63,399 bases of DNA, filler included, from Octopus bimaculoides (GCF_001194135.2; 4 parts of 4 records of this genome joined end to end with filler, not necessarily neighbours in it); one strand, 5' to 3'. Counted from the first letter of the whole stretch, positions 1 to 13,209 are shown. Made by a program: numbers and translations. Notes: generated by a model not told the origin, from the letters alone.

Positions 1-140
1 TATATATGTATGTATGTATGAAAAAACTCCAGGAAAGAGAAAAAATATACACACACTTACAGAAAGATCAATAGAGAAAGATGAAGGTAAGTCGTATTTT
101 TGAAGTGTCAAGATTTCATAGCAAAAAAAAAAGAAGAAAC

Positions 141-275
141 GAGAGAGAAAGAGAGAAAGAGAGAGAGAAGGGGGAGAGAGAGAGAGAGAGAGAAAAAGAG
201 AAAGAGAGAAAGAGAGAGAGAGAGATAGATAGGGGAGGAGATAGGGAGGGAGAGAACGGAGGGAGCGAAGGAGAG
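141..275. repeat. (GA)n-rich microsatellite
   Basis: Direct reading; explains the overlapping ERER/SLSL ORFs in the track. Confidence 0.95.
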
Positions 276-1931
276 TGAGGAAAAAAAAAACATATATTAA
301 GAAAGAGGCCCAAGAAATTCTAATGGACAATAAGATTCACCAGACCATGAGACGAAATCTTTGAATTGTATGTTCTACTATGTATTGCTGGACATCATTT
401 CCTTTGTGCATGACACAGTAAGAAAGTCTCCATCAGAATAAACATAGCGATGCTGTGTATGTGAATATATATACATATGTATATNNNNNNNNNNNNNNNN
501 NNNNNNNNNNNNNNNNNNNNNNNNNNNNNNNNNNNNNNNNNNNNNNNNNNNNNNNNNNNNNNNNNNNNNNNNNNNNNNNNNNNNNNNNNNNNNNNNNNGT
601 ATATATGTATGTCTATATTCCTTTACCCTGAACTTGCTGCACCGTAACCACAGCCTTATGGCCTATGCATCTCTCCATAGCTTCGCGGCTTTTAAGATGA
701 AAGGAAAACCGGGCGTGTTAAACTTACACGTAACCATGCCGAAGCATTGAAGTCTTTTAATGTTTAGTCACAAAAGACTTCTCGGGTATGAAAAAGTTAA
801 CTCTGTTAAAAAGTTTGTGCCAAGAAAAACAGCTTCTTCCACCTTGATGCCGCTATTTCGTCTATTTTCTATTTTTTGTTTCTCTTTTTTTTTGTTCTTG
901 TTCTTGTTCTTGTTCTTCACCTCTCTCTCTCACTCTTTGAAGAATATTTAACACGCTTTTTAGCTTTCTTAGACGTTTCTGCAATCTATCCAAATATTCT
1001 TTGAGCAAAGTAGTCACGGTGGGTGTTTTTAGCAATTGTTAAGAATTATTCAAAAGTCATTGCTAATGTCCCTTTAAGTGCTTTCGAGCCTCATTAGTCG
1101 TTGATATTCCAAAGTTACACTGTAGACAGTCATCGTTCATTTATCAAGTGCTTACTAGATATAATATTTTTCTTTATTCTTTATTTTTTATTTATTTATA
1201 TACATACATATATATATTTCTATTTCTTTTTATTCTTCTTTCTCACGTCTTTTTGCTACCTCAGTTTCATCAGGCACGACCAGATTTTTATGGTCACAAA
1301 AACACGTAACGTTGATACTAAAAGATTTTGAAGAATTCGATTTAAGTATTAAGCCAAAGAGCCGTTAAAAAACATATTTACAACTAATGGAAAATAGCCT
1401 ACATTATTTTTAGCCGTCTTCCTATCCATTTCAAGTTTTTATTTATTTGTCCCACCATTTACATCCTGCTGTAGCTGTATGTTCTATCAACACCACACCG
1501 CTCTTACACTACAGAATATCAAGCATATCACATTATCAATTTCCTCCAGCCCCAACATATATTAACATCACTATCACCATCGTCATCACCACAACCGTTT
1601 CCACCAACTCCGCCTTCATTCTAAATGACATTTTCCCCCATACGAAACTAGTTGATAGAACACAAAGCCATACCATAAAGCCACCCATCCATAACGGTAT
1701 TCTATTATTTCTTTTTATTAAATCCTTTCATCTGGGTACATCTCAGGTGGTCATTGGAATATCTCCCATTCATAAACAATGTTGTTAGTTATACGTTTCA
1801 GCAATAGAAAAAAAATAATACAAAAAAAAGGGGGGCTGGTTAAGAATTGAAACTGGAATCTAGTTGTTTCCTATAGAATTATCTATCATTTGTCCGACTC
1901 AGTACATTCCAGCTGATGAACGGAAGTGCTT

Positions 1932-2000
1932 TCTTTTTCTCCTGCATTCGGTTCTTTCTTTTTTCTCCTGCATTCGGTTCTTTCTTTTTCTCCTGCATAC
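1932..2000. repeat. Triple tandem repeat, ~25-bp unit (tttctttttctcctgcattcggttc)
   Basis: Three near-identical consecutive copies seen directly. Confidence 0.85.
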
Positions 2001-2002
2001 TC

Positions 2003-2170
2003 AGACGCAAGCATAGCTGTGTGGTTAGAAGCTCGATTTACAAGCGTGTGATTTCGGGTTCAATACTACTGTGCAGCACCTAGGGCAAATACCTTCTACT
2101 ATAGCCACGGGGCCACTAATGTCTTAAGTGGAAATTTGGTAAACGGAAATCGTGTGAAGCCCATTGTATA
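2003..2170 (+). mobile_element. tRNA-derived SINE, family A
   Basis: A-box-like tagctgtgtggtt and B-box-like ggttcaatac, then a body ending in a (TA/CATA) microsatellite. Related copies at ~9905-9992 (-) and ~62412-62580 (+). Confidence 0.75.
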
Positions 2171-2461
2171 TACATACATATACATACATACATACATACA
2201 TNNNNNNNNNNNNNNNNNNNNNNNNNNNNNNNNNNNNNNNNNNNNNNNNNNNNNNNNNNNNNNNNNNNNNNNNNNNNNNNNNNNNNNNNNNNNNNNNNNN
2301 NNNNNNNNNNNNNNNNNNNNNNNNNNNNNNNNNNNNNNNNNNNNNNNNNNNNNNNNNNNNNNNNNNNNNNNNNNNNNNNNNNNNNNNNNNNNNNNNNNNN
2401 NNNNNNNNNNNNNNNNNNNNNNNNNNNNNNNNNNNNNNNNNNNNNNNNNNNNNNNTATATA

Positions 2462-2830
2462 CAGGGTGTTTCAAACAATTTGATATCATTTCGCAATCTA
2501 ATAACTTTGCCAGTTCTTGTTCAAATGACTTCAAATTTTCACAGCATGTGTAGAAACAGGTAAAAGTTTTATGCTTAATGTTTGATATGTTTATCTTTTC
2601 AGTTATAGAAATGCCATTCCCTGGAAGTGAAAAGGCGTTTTGTGTTTTGGAGTATGCTCGAACACAGTCGAATAAGACTGTGCAATATGCATTTGTGAGG
2701 AAGTTCACTAAAAAATTACAAACGGCAATGCAGATTTGGACATGGCACAAAAAAATCAAAGAGGAAGGCTGTCCGTGCAGGGCAAAAAGATCTGGATAAC
2801 CACTAACATCGGAAGAGACGGTCGAAGCAA
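2462..2830 (+). mobile_element. Tc1/mariner-superfamily transposon 5' fragment (DUF4817-type HTH N-terminus)
   Basis: TA|CAGGGTGT terminus at 2460-2469. From 2611: MPFPGSEKAFCVLEYARTQSNKTVQYAFVRKFTKK...WHKKIKEEGCPCRAKRSG*PLTSEETVE, matching the EKAFCVL...GRPxxSEETVE N-terminal HTH of this transposase family. One stop, then truncated. Confidence 0.8.
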
Positions 2831-4360
2831 GTAAAATAAAATTAAAAAAATACTCGCTCATCCGACAAATTGCAAGAATAAGAATGAAAGAGAAAAAGGA
2901 AAAGCAAAATTCTTGTATTTGATTTAAAAATTAATCGCCATACTTCAGTAAATTTTTTTCTTTTTAAAATTGAAAATAAATATTTCCGGTTCAGGTTTAT
3001 CCTTTGTAGTGTCATTGAAATTATTCATTTCTTTTCTGTTTCAGATGACAATGTCAAAGCTAAGACTTATTACCAATCTTCGTAGATTAATGCCACTCAA
3101 ATAAGCATATATATANNNNNNNNNNNNNNNNNNNNNNNNNNNNNNNNNNNNNNNNNNNNNNNNNNNNNNNNNNNNNNNNNNNNNNNNNNNNNNNNNNNNN
3201 NNNNNNNNNNNNNNNNNNNNNNNNNNNNNNNNNNNNNNNNNNNNNNNNNNNNNNNNNNNNNNNNNNNNNNNNNNNNNNNNNNNNNNNNNNNNNNNNNNNN
3301 NNNNNNNNNNNNNNNNNNNNNNNNNNNNNNNNNNNNNNNNNNNNNNNNNNNNNNNNNNNNNNNNNNNNNNNNNNNNNNNNNNNNNNNNNNNNNNNNNNNN
3401 NNNNNNNNNNNNNNNNNNNNNNNNNNNNNNNNNNNNNNNNNNNNNNNNNNNNNNNNNNNNNNNNNNNNNNNNNNNNNNNNNNNNNNNNNNNNNNNNNNNN
3501 NNNNNNNNNNNNNNNNNNNNNNNNNNNNNNNNNNNNNNNNNNNNNNNNNNNNNNNNNNNNNNNNNNNNNNNNNNNNNNNNNNNNNNNNNNNNNNNNNNNN
3601 NNNNNNNNNNNNNNNNNNNNNNNNNNNNNNNNNNNNNNNNNNNNNNNNNNNNNNNNNNNNNNNNNNNNNNNNNNNNNNNNNNNNNNNNNNNNNNNNNNNN
3701 NNNNNNNNNNNNNNNNNNNNNNNNNNNNNNNNNNNNNNNNNNNNNNNNNNNNNNNNNNNNNNNNNNNNNNNNNNNNNNNTATATATATGCAAATATATAT
3801 ATCATATATATAATATATACATATAATATATATATTTAACATACATATATACCTATATCTAATATAAGTATACACCTACACACACACATATATATATATA
3901 TTTATATGTATATGGATATGTGTGTGTATATATATATATATATACAATAAAAATATACAACACATATTCTTATAAATACTCACACACACATATATACATA
4001 TGTATATAAATATATATATGTATATATGTTTATATGTATACATATTCTTTAACTACAGTTATAATATGGTTAGATGTGTGTGTGTGTTTGCGTGCGGTTG
4101 TGTGCTTGTGTTTGTATGTGTGTATGTATGTACTTGTGTGTGTTTCTCTGTGTGTGTGTGTGTGAATGAGAAAGAAAGGAGAAGAAAAAGAAAGGAAGAA
4201 TAAGGTGGAAAGATGATGTATTAAATGATGGATAGTTACAGCTCATATGATTCTGACAGCCACAGAGAATTGGGTAGCCGAATAGATGGGTGGATGGCTG
4301 AATACTTAGCTATATACATACACTGACATGCATCAATAGCCGGTGGGTTACCTGCTTGAA

Positions 4361-4413
<53 letters not shown>

Positions 4414-4429
4414 GTCTATCTGTCTATCT

Positions 4430-4464
<35 letters not shown>

Positions 4465-4557
4465 AGTCTATCTGTCTGCCTGTCAGTCTGACTGTCTGCC
4501 TGCCTGTCTATCCATCAGGTTATCTTATGCGTATGTATATGTATGTGTATCTGTGTG

Positions 4558-4592
<35 letters not shown>

Positions 4593-5452
4593 NNNNNNNN
4601 NNNNNNNNNNNNNNNNNNNNNNNNNNNNNNNNNNNNNNNNNNNNNNNNNNNNNNNNNNNNNNNNNNNNNNNNNNNNNNNNNNNNNNNNNNNNNNNNNNNN
4701 NNNNNNNNNNNNNNNNNNNNNNNNNNNNNNNNNNNNNNNNNNNNNNNNNNNNNNNNNNNNNNNNNNNNNNNNNNNNNNNNNNNNNNNNNNNNNNNNNNNN
4801 NNNNNNNNNNNNNNNNNNNNNNNNNNNNNNNNNNNNNNNNNNNNNNNNNNNNNNNNNNNNNNNNNNNNNNNNNNNNNNNNNNNNNNNNNNNNNNNNNNNN
4901 NNNNNNNNNNNNNNNNNNNNNNNNNNNNNNNNNNNNNNNNNNNNNNNNNNNNNNNNNNNNNNNNNNNNNNNNNNNNNNNNNNNNNNNNNNNNNNNNNNNN
5001 NNNNNNNNNNNNNNNNNNNNNNNNNNNNNNNNNNNNNNNNNNNNNNNNNNNNNNNNNNNNNNNNNNNNNNNNNNNNNNNNNNNNNNNNNNNNNNNNNNNN
5101 NNNNNNNNNNNNNNNNNNNNNNNNNNNNNNNNNNNNNNNNNNNNNNNNNNNNNNNNNNNNNNNNNNNNNNNNNNNNNNNNNNNNNNNNNNNNNNNNNNNN
5201 NNNNNNTATATATATATATATATATGTGCACACACATACATACATGTACACACACATATGAGCACACGTACACACGCAAAACAACGCATGCAAATACATA
5301 TACACACAGACCTCCAATATTTCATGGTTATGTAGGCAAGGATTAAACCATGATTTGCTAAATCGCATTGTCAAACCAGATTTCAAATCAAAAAGTAATC
5401 TACGTGTGATAAATTTACAAGAGTACCATGCATACATACATACATACATACA

Positions 5453-5485
<33 letters not shown>

Positions 5486-5584
5486 GTATACATACATACA
5501 TACATGCATGCATACATACATATTCACCGTCGTTTGTATCTAGAAAGTCATATAGCTTCATAGATAGACAGACACATAGAGTTG

Positions 5585-5587
<3 letters not shown>

Positions 5588-5640
<53 letters not shown>

Positions 5641-5653
5641 NNNNNNNNNNGTG

Positions 5654-5686
<33 letters not shown>

Positions 5687-5843
5687 GATATATATAGAGA
5701 GAGTGATAGACAGACAGGTAGGTACGTAGACAGGCAGACAGACAAACAGTTAGACAGGCAAACAGACAAACAAACAGAGAGGCAGAAAGATAGATAGATA
5801 GACAGTCAGATAAATAGATAGATAGATAGATAGACAGAGAGAG

Positions 5844-5882
<39 letters not shown>

Positions 5883-5885
5883 GAA
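5588..5885. repeat. (GA)n/(GACA)n/(GATA)n compound microsatellite
   Basis: Direct reading. Confidence 0.95.
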
Positions 5886-6579
5886 ATACAGAAGGAAGAA
5901 AGGTGGCGCCTGTCCATGGCGGGATGTGAATGTAAGTATGATTACACGGGCAATAAAATCCTTGTGTAAGAAAGCAAGTCGGCCGTCGAAGTCGATGGCG
6001 TGCCGGGCTGGACAGTAGAAAACAATCATAAAATGTCAGATGAGATTTGTCGCTGCTATGTTGCTTCAAGGAAATGGCTAAACTATAAACTTCACTAAGC
6101 CTAGGGTATCAATTCGACAATTTTAATTTAATCTTACCTCAGTAAAGTTTTATGAGCGAAATGAGTTATTTATTCAATATTCACTGACTTCACACAGTGC
6201 AGTTTAAAGTATGCCGAAATCATTTATATCATATTTAGGAATATTTCTGCACTAGATAATTGGATTAATAAAATTAAAAAAAAAAGGAAAACATTTTGTT
6301 TGGTTTTCTCTCGTAATTTTTGAAAAAGAAAAAAAAAAATTAATAACTAAATGTAATTAAATCAAGAAAAAATAACGTAAGAAAAAGTGAAAAAAAAAAA
6401 GAAAATAGAAAGGAAATTAATATTATTTTTTCCCGTGATTCTCTTGTTTATTAAAATCAAATTTTAGAGGAAGAAAAAAATTTTCTTGAGATCTTTTTCA
6501 AAATGGCGGCTAGTACTGGAAAAGTTTCCGCCCAAACACCTCACAACTCTTGCGTACAGATATAATAAAACAAGCAACA

Positions 6580-7080
6580 GAACTAACCAGAGAAACAATA
6601 AATATACAAACAGCAACAACAATAACAATAACATTGCAAAGAATAATTCCAATGCCAACAGCAATAAGTTGAACTACAAGAACAGCCGCAACAATAACAA
6701 CAACAGCAGTAGTAGCGCAAAAAATAATACCTATGCCAACAATAGCAACAAAAGGAAAGAAAAAAAAAACCCAGAAAACATTACAGCAACAATAAGAGAA
6801 ACACGAACAACGCCAACAAAGACCCAGCCACCGCAACAGCAAAAATAACGAGAACAACAACAACAACAAAGACTCAACTACAAAAACGGAAAAAACGAAC
6901 AGCAACAATAAGAAAGACAACAACTTCGAGAATTACAACACTAACAAAGACTCAACTACAGGAACAACAGCAGAAGCAGCATCAACAACAATAACAATAA
7001 CAGCAACAACAACAACAACAACAACAACAACAACGACAACAACGACAGCAATACCAACAAAGACCGAAGCATCAAACAAC
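6580..7080. repeat. (CAA/CAG)-rich low-complexity tract
   Basis: Direct reading; source of the N/Q-rich and LLL/VVV ORFs. Confidence 0.9.
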
Positions 7081-7937
7081 AAACAGCTCGATAACGATAG
7101 GCAAACTGTTTATAACTATATGGCGTTAGATTTGGCGATCAAATTAGAACGAAGATAAAAGATAAATATCTAAAACAAAACCAACCCCCACCCAAAAAAA
7201 ACCCCAAAGAATAACTGCACAAATAAAGCAAAAAAAAAAGAAATATGTATTCCAGAATGATCCTTTATTTATTTATTTATTTATTTTTTTTTTTCNNNNN
7301 NNNNNNNNNNNNNNNNNNNNNNNNNNNNNNNNNNNNNNNNNNNNNNNNNNNNNNNNNNNNNNNNNNNNNNNNNNNNNNNNNNNNNNNNNNNNNNNNNNNN
7401 NNNNNNNNNNNNNNNNNNNNNNNNNNNNNNNNNNNNNNNNNNNNNNNNNNNNNNNNNNNNNNNNNNNNNNNNNNNNNNNNNNNNNNNNNNNNNNNNNNNN
7501 NNNNNNNNNNNNNNNNNNNNNNNNNNNNNNNNNNNNNNNNNNNNNNNNNNNNNNNNNNNNNNNNNNNNNNNNNNNNNNNNNNNNNNNNNNNNNNNNNNNN
7601 NNNNNNNNNNNNNNNNNNNNNNNNNNNNNNNNNNNNNNNNNNNNNNNNNNNNNNNNNNNNNNNNNNNNNNNNNNNNNNNNNNNNNNNNNNNNNNNNNNNN
7701 NNNNNNNNNNNNNNNNNNNNNNNNNNNNNNNNNNNNNNNNNNNNNNNNNNNNNNNNNNNNNNNNNNNNNNNNNNNNNNNNNNNNNNNNNNNNNNNNNNNN
7801 NNNNNNNNNNNNNNNNNNNNNNNNNNNATATATATATATATATATATATGTAGGTATATATACAAAAATGTAAATATATACATTTATATATACATATATG
7901 CATATACATCTACATGTAGATGTATGCACACATACAC

Positions 7938-7968
<31 letters not shown>

Positions 7969-7989
7969 CATACTTGACTGGTTCGTTAT

Positions 7990-8045
7990 CCTGAAAGGAT
8001 GAAAGAGAAAGTTGACCTCGTCGGGTTTTGAGCTCAGAACGTTAA
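7990..8045 (-). mobile_element. SINE family B fragment
   Basis: gaaaggatgaaagagaaagttgacctcgtcgggttttgagctcagaacg matches the reverse complement of the copies at 56138 and 56800. Confidence 0.65.
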
Positions 8046-8462
8046 ACCTCTGTAACTTAATGCCCTAGGTGTTCCTTGTGATTAATAACATATTACAACC
8101 CGTGTATAATAAAATATAACACTCCGTAAATAGTACAGCGCCTCGTGATAGTGCATGAAACATAACACCATGTAGAGTAATACGATGTAGTATTCTGTCG
8201 ATGGTAAAATATAGTACCCTCCCAATAATACAGTACCCTTTCGATGATATATTATTAAGTAGAGAAAAATATAATATGGTACCTTGTGAATAATGAAATA
8301 TGGTAGGTTGTGAATAATAAAATGTAGTACTGTATATGACATAAAATTATATTATCTGTGTGTGAGTATAATAGATTAAGTATTTAGATATGACCTAATG
8401 AGTAATCTATTACGTGTCAGTTATGCAATATATTGCAAATATTCATTTCTAAGTTATCCAAC

Positions 8463-8700
8463 GTGAAGGCATGTGGCATGATGGCTAGTGTGTTGCACGG
8501 AGGATTATAGTTTCGATTCCCGGACCAGGACGTAGATTACGTTCTTTAACAAAATCCATCATTTCACGCTGTCCCAGTCCACTCAGCTGTAAATGAATCA
8601 GCTTGCGACGGACCGGCATCCCATTCAGAAGGAAGGTTGTGATCTTGATCGTCTGTACGCTATACAAACCGACTGGTCGTCCCTACGAGTTGTTGGACCT
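8463..8700 (+). mobile_element. tRNA-derived SINE, family C (CORE-like central domain)
   Basis: Head gtgaaggcatgtggc...gtttcgattccc (B box) and tccactcagctgtaaatg; a better-preserved copy lies at 62085-62412 (-). Confidence 0.7.
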
Positions 8701-10317
8701 GAGACAGTAATGTCCAAGGGGACTTGTACTACAAGGAGAATAAATTTAGAATGGTTTGTACACATTTGACATCGACTTCTAGCGTGTTGGTTTTGTAATA
8801 CCAGATTGCATATTCATAATTATATACGTAAATTAATTTTGCCGATATGGTGTTTTTTATACGCTGGCCACTAGTATAGTTATTTTAATGATTATATCTT
8901 CAATTTATACGAATATATATTGATTTTTAAGTAATTTTTTTTCTATTAGGCTATTACAAATCATGGTTTTTGTTTAAAGGGATGGCTTTACAATACTGAA
9001 TCAAGTACATTACAGATATTTATTTTAATATTTTATTGATCCTGAATTAGACGAAAGGTAAAATTGAAGTCATAACGTATTGGTTTGAAGAAAATTACTG
9101 AAAAGGACACAATCTGGTTTGCTAGTTCTACAACTTTTACAAACTCACAATCTTTTACAAAACATATGAAGTGCAACTATGATCCAGTAGTCCTAAGGGA
9201 TCTATTTTAAAACGGGGGCGCCAGTATTTTCTTAACGAAACACTTTGAAACTTGGGACACTGGTAGAATGTGTCATATAAAACATCTTTTACTCTTAGTC
9301 TTCTTAACAAAAAAAAAAAAAAAGGAATTCGCAAGTTATTCCATGTTAAAGTTGTCGTATTTCTGTAATTTCAACCAATCACTGACGTCTATTCAGCTCA
9401 ATAGAGTTACTGCTGGGCGGTCATAAAAGGTGTCAATTCATTACGGCCGTTTCAAGCGGCTCCATCTAATTAATTAATGAGAACATTATATCAATTTAAA
9501 AGAAAGGGTCTAATGAATTGACAACTGTACATCTTTTTTGCTTATTTAAATTCTGTTCAGTTATAGAAAGTACCTTTATATAAAAGCACATGTCTGAATT
9601 ACCAACAGCCGATATATTAACTTAGCTGGGTTGAGTTGTCTGCACATACGATAGGAATATTAGATATAAACACTCCTACGCGGAGTCTTGATATTCAATA
9701 TTCCAATATTATTGTTGAGGTGTGCGGACTACACCGAACTAGCATGGTGCCTCAATTTAAGTACGTAATTCAACTGAGTCTTAATTATATATACAGATAC
9801 ATATATATCTATATATACATATATGTCTCTCTCTCTCTCTCTCCACACACACACACATACAAACAAAGCTTTTCATCTACAAATTCACTCGTACGGTATT
9901 AGTCGACCCGAAGACGTCACGCATTGGAATTGAATCAGAAACCACGTGGTAGCCAAACTAGCTTCCTTAACCACACACACTGCCATACCTGCAGATATAC
10001 ATCATTCTACATATGTATGTATATATATATATATTGTGTTTCGATATCAGGAAGAGGTATTTGAATCCAGAGCTGTAATGGCAAGAATGACAAGAGTAAA
10101 ACAACTCTGCCTGACCCTCTCTGGCTTATGACACTTGCTCCACCACTCAGATTACAAGGGTAATAATCTACAATACTGGTCATATTTTATTTTCTCTTCG
10201 CTACAAAATAAAAGAAAAAAAAGACGACACCGTTTTATTGTATTCTATTTATTGTTATTTTCCCCCTATTTTTTTTTATTTGCGCGCACGTATAGGTATG
10301 TATGTGTGTGTGTGTGT

Positions 10318-10417
10318 NNNNNNNNNNNNNNNNNNNNNNNNNNNNNNNNNNNNNNNNNNNNTTAATTAATTAANNNNNNNNNNNNNNNNNNNNNNNNNNN
10401 NNNNNNNNNNNNNNNNN
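10318..10417. other. Artificial scaffold-join linker (44 N + TTAATTAATTAA + 44 N = 100 bp)
   Basis: Counted directly; identical structure at 40935-41034 and 57948-58047. The palindrome puts stops in all six frames. Confidence 0.95.
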
Positions 10418-10419
10418 TG

Positions 10420-10535
10420 AAAAGATTTTTAGTCGAACAAATCGACCCCAAGTCTTATTTTTTAAAAAACTTTGTACTTATTCTATCGCTCATTTTGCCA
10501 AACCGTAAAGTTACTAGGGGACAAACATCGACACA
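10420..10535. mobile_element. SINE-like repeat fragment (ttttagtcgaacaaatcgacccc family)
   Basis: Motif recurs in degraded, triplicated form at 27740-27850. Confidence 0.5.
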
Positions 10536-11965
10536 ATAATGCACGTGCACACACACATTTATCTTCTTCAATATATATTTCAGTATAAAGAATTCATTAA
10601 GAGACTTAATAAATCAAAATTCCTTTACACATCTTCAGGAAAAATAAATATAACACCAGAAAACCACATTTGGTTTAAAAATAAAAACCGTTCATGGCGA
10701 AAAAATTTCACAATTACAAAAACTGAAAAAAATTTTTTAAATATATTATAAAATTATATATACATATACACACACAAAAAAACAAATATACATACACGCA
10801 TACGAAACACCATACACACACACGCACATACATATATATACATATATATACACATGTACATATACATACATACACACACACACATATACACACATACACA
10901 CATATATACATATATACACNNNNNNNNNNNNNNNNNNNNNNNNNNNNNNNNNNNNNNNNNNNNNNNNNNNNNNNNNNNNNNNNNNNNNNNNNNNNNNNNN
11001 NNNNNNNNNNNNNNNNNNNATATGCAGGGATATTGTATCTGCAGATCCATTATTTAAGCAGAATGGTATGTATATATAAGTTTCCTGTACCTTGTGTGTA
11101 AGTTCCAGCAGTATTTAAAATTGGTCATTCCAAGCATAGAGCTTGTAAACGGTGTTATTGAATCGAGGGTTTTTTGAAGTGACTTAAAAGCTGGGAATGT
11201 GTTTGTAAGGTCAAATCAAAAACAGGAAGAGAGGAAAAATAAGAAAAGCGGAGCGAGAGATAATAAAGAAAGGAAGAGAGGGAAAGTGTACTGGTTAGTG
11301 GTCAGTCAGGATAAATTGATAGAAGGAATGGGGAGGTGAGGGTGAAAGAGAGAGAAAGATATGATTATGTAAAGAGATGAGAGGGTAAAGAGTAAAGGAG
11401 TGTCAGGTATGTAGTGATAGAGCCTAAGTGAAGGGCAGAGAGAAGGGGTAGGGGTAGTAAAATGGTGGAATGAAGAATTTGGGAATATAGGTTAGGTAGC
11501 TTAGAGGACAGGTCAGTACTTAGTAGTAGATGAATATATATATGTGAAGATGTATACACATGCATATATTAAACATGTACATAGATATTTACACACATCA
11601 ACACATACATATGCATACAAAACTCATGTATGTTAAATGTATTCCCGTATATTCATTCATGTGTATCTAATTTTTACATATAAAAAAATTCTTGCATACA
11701 TAGAGGCATGCATGTAGGCCTGCAGATGCGCATAATTGTATGTGAGTGTACACATTTATATTTGCACACACGCATATACACGTACACATGCAGAGGCAGG
11801 TATGTGTAAATATATCAATATCCACACATACTCATATATAAATCTGTTCTTATATAAAATATCTATACCTAAAATCACATATATTCACATGTTCCCGCTT
11901 GCATTCCTATAAGTGCATGCATATGCACACGCAACACGCGTATACATGCATACACGTATATACGC

Positions 11966-12002
<37 letters not shown>

Positions 12003-12248
12003 CATACACACCTACACACATATACAGACTTGTACATAATGCATACACACATATGTATACACACACACATATATATATATACGCATGCATACACATATAC
12101 ACACATACACATACATAACACCCACACATACAACACGTACCCATATGTATATGTATATACGCACACTCATATATACGTGTATCTGTGTGTATTATCACCC
12201 CTTCACACGCAAGTACATATACCTTGCATACATACATACATACATACA

Positions 12249-12279
<31 letters not shown>

Positions 12280-13152
12280 GTGCTCTAATATGTGAAGCGC
12301 CTCCTTCAGGCAAAGCTAGCAGGTTGAGCGTTGACCTCGGTAGGGAAGCCCTGAATCCAGTATGGACCATGATAAAACATAGGGCATATTTGTATTTTTG
12401 TGATGATGTATGTGGTTGGCGATTGTTGTAGATTTACTATGTTTATCGTATCTAAAAGAATGGAGGTGAGCGGCATATCGTTGCTTAAAATGTTTGGTTG
12501 ATCCTATGTTTATGGCTGTAGAGTTGTGTAATAGATTAAGGATATTGCATTTGTAAATTACATTATATCTTCTGCAATGAGTTTGTAATGGGCAGATGGT
12601 TCCAGGACAGCAGTTACAATTGAGTGAATTTTGGGGATTGTGTTCAGGAATGGAGGAGGTAATATTATCAGAGGAGAGGTCAGAGAAGTGGGTAGAGAGG
12701 TTTAGGTTATTAGTAATATTAACGTTATCATTACCATCATTGTTATTATTATTATTGTTGTTATTAATTGTACTATTTGTAAGAGTAGTAGAGATTGTGG
12801 TGGTGTTCCGGACAGTGTCAGTAGGATGGGTTGGGTTGTGGTTCTGGTTGTGGTCTGATGTAAGGGTATCTGTGCTGGAGCTGTGTGTATGTTGAGCGTT
12901 CGTATGACTAGAGTTGTAATTATGTGAGTTTTGATAGTAAAGAGAAAGCTTTTGCTTATTAGAGGCTGCTACAATAGATTCGAAGATGGTTGGGGCAGAA
13001 TAAGATAGTTTCAGGGTGGATTTATTAAAGATAGAATGATATTTATGTTGCCGAGGGAAGTTAGAGTCTAGTATTCTAAAGAAGGATTTAGCTAAGTTCT
13101 TAACGTTAAGTGAAAATAGGGGTGTGTACCGTCTGTTTTCATTCCTCCACTT
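12280..13152 (-). mobile_element. Penelope-like element relic: thumb end, linker and GIY-YIG endonuclease (Hydra-clade-like)
   Basis: My translation of the stop-free frame 13152-12319: YTPLFSLNVKNLAKSFFRILDSNFPRQHKYHSIFNKSTLKLSYS...CNCCPGTICPLQTHCRRYNVIYKC...INIGSTKHFKQRYAAHLHSF...WSILDSGLPY...TC*LCLKEALHIL. Missed by the ORF track because it has no early ATG/GTG/TTG. Confidence 0.9.
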
Positions 13153-13209
13153 TACTCTCTATTTCATATCTTCTCTAGAATAACTATTGCTTAACTATTT
13201 TCTCACACT

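Noticed and set aside
860-1040. Minus-strand open stretch TVTTLLKEYLDRLQKRLRKLKSVLNILQRVRERGEEQEQ
   Set aside because: About 55 codons, bounded by stops, no ATG or splice sites, and partly microsatellite-derived.
3025-3105. Strong + strand acceptor (ttcttttctgtttcag|ATG) at 3044/3045
   Set aside because: All frames stop within about 20 codons, there is no donor, and pyrimidine tracts are common here.
10362-10373. TTAATTAATTAA palindrome as a homeodomain site or element end
   Set aside because: It is embedded in symmetric 44-N runs three times, so it is an assembly linker.
12316-12318. In-frame stop within the CxxC motif as selenocysteine recoding (known for some Naiad PLEs)
   Set aside because: The codon is TAG, not TGA, it falls at a non-Cys position, and no SECIS is evident.
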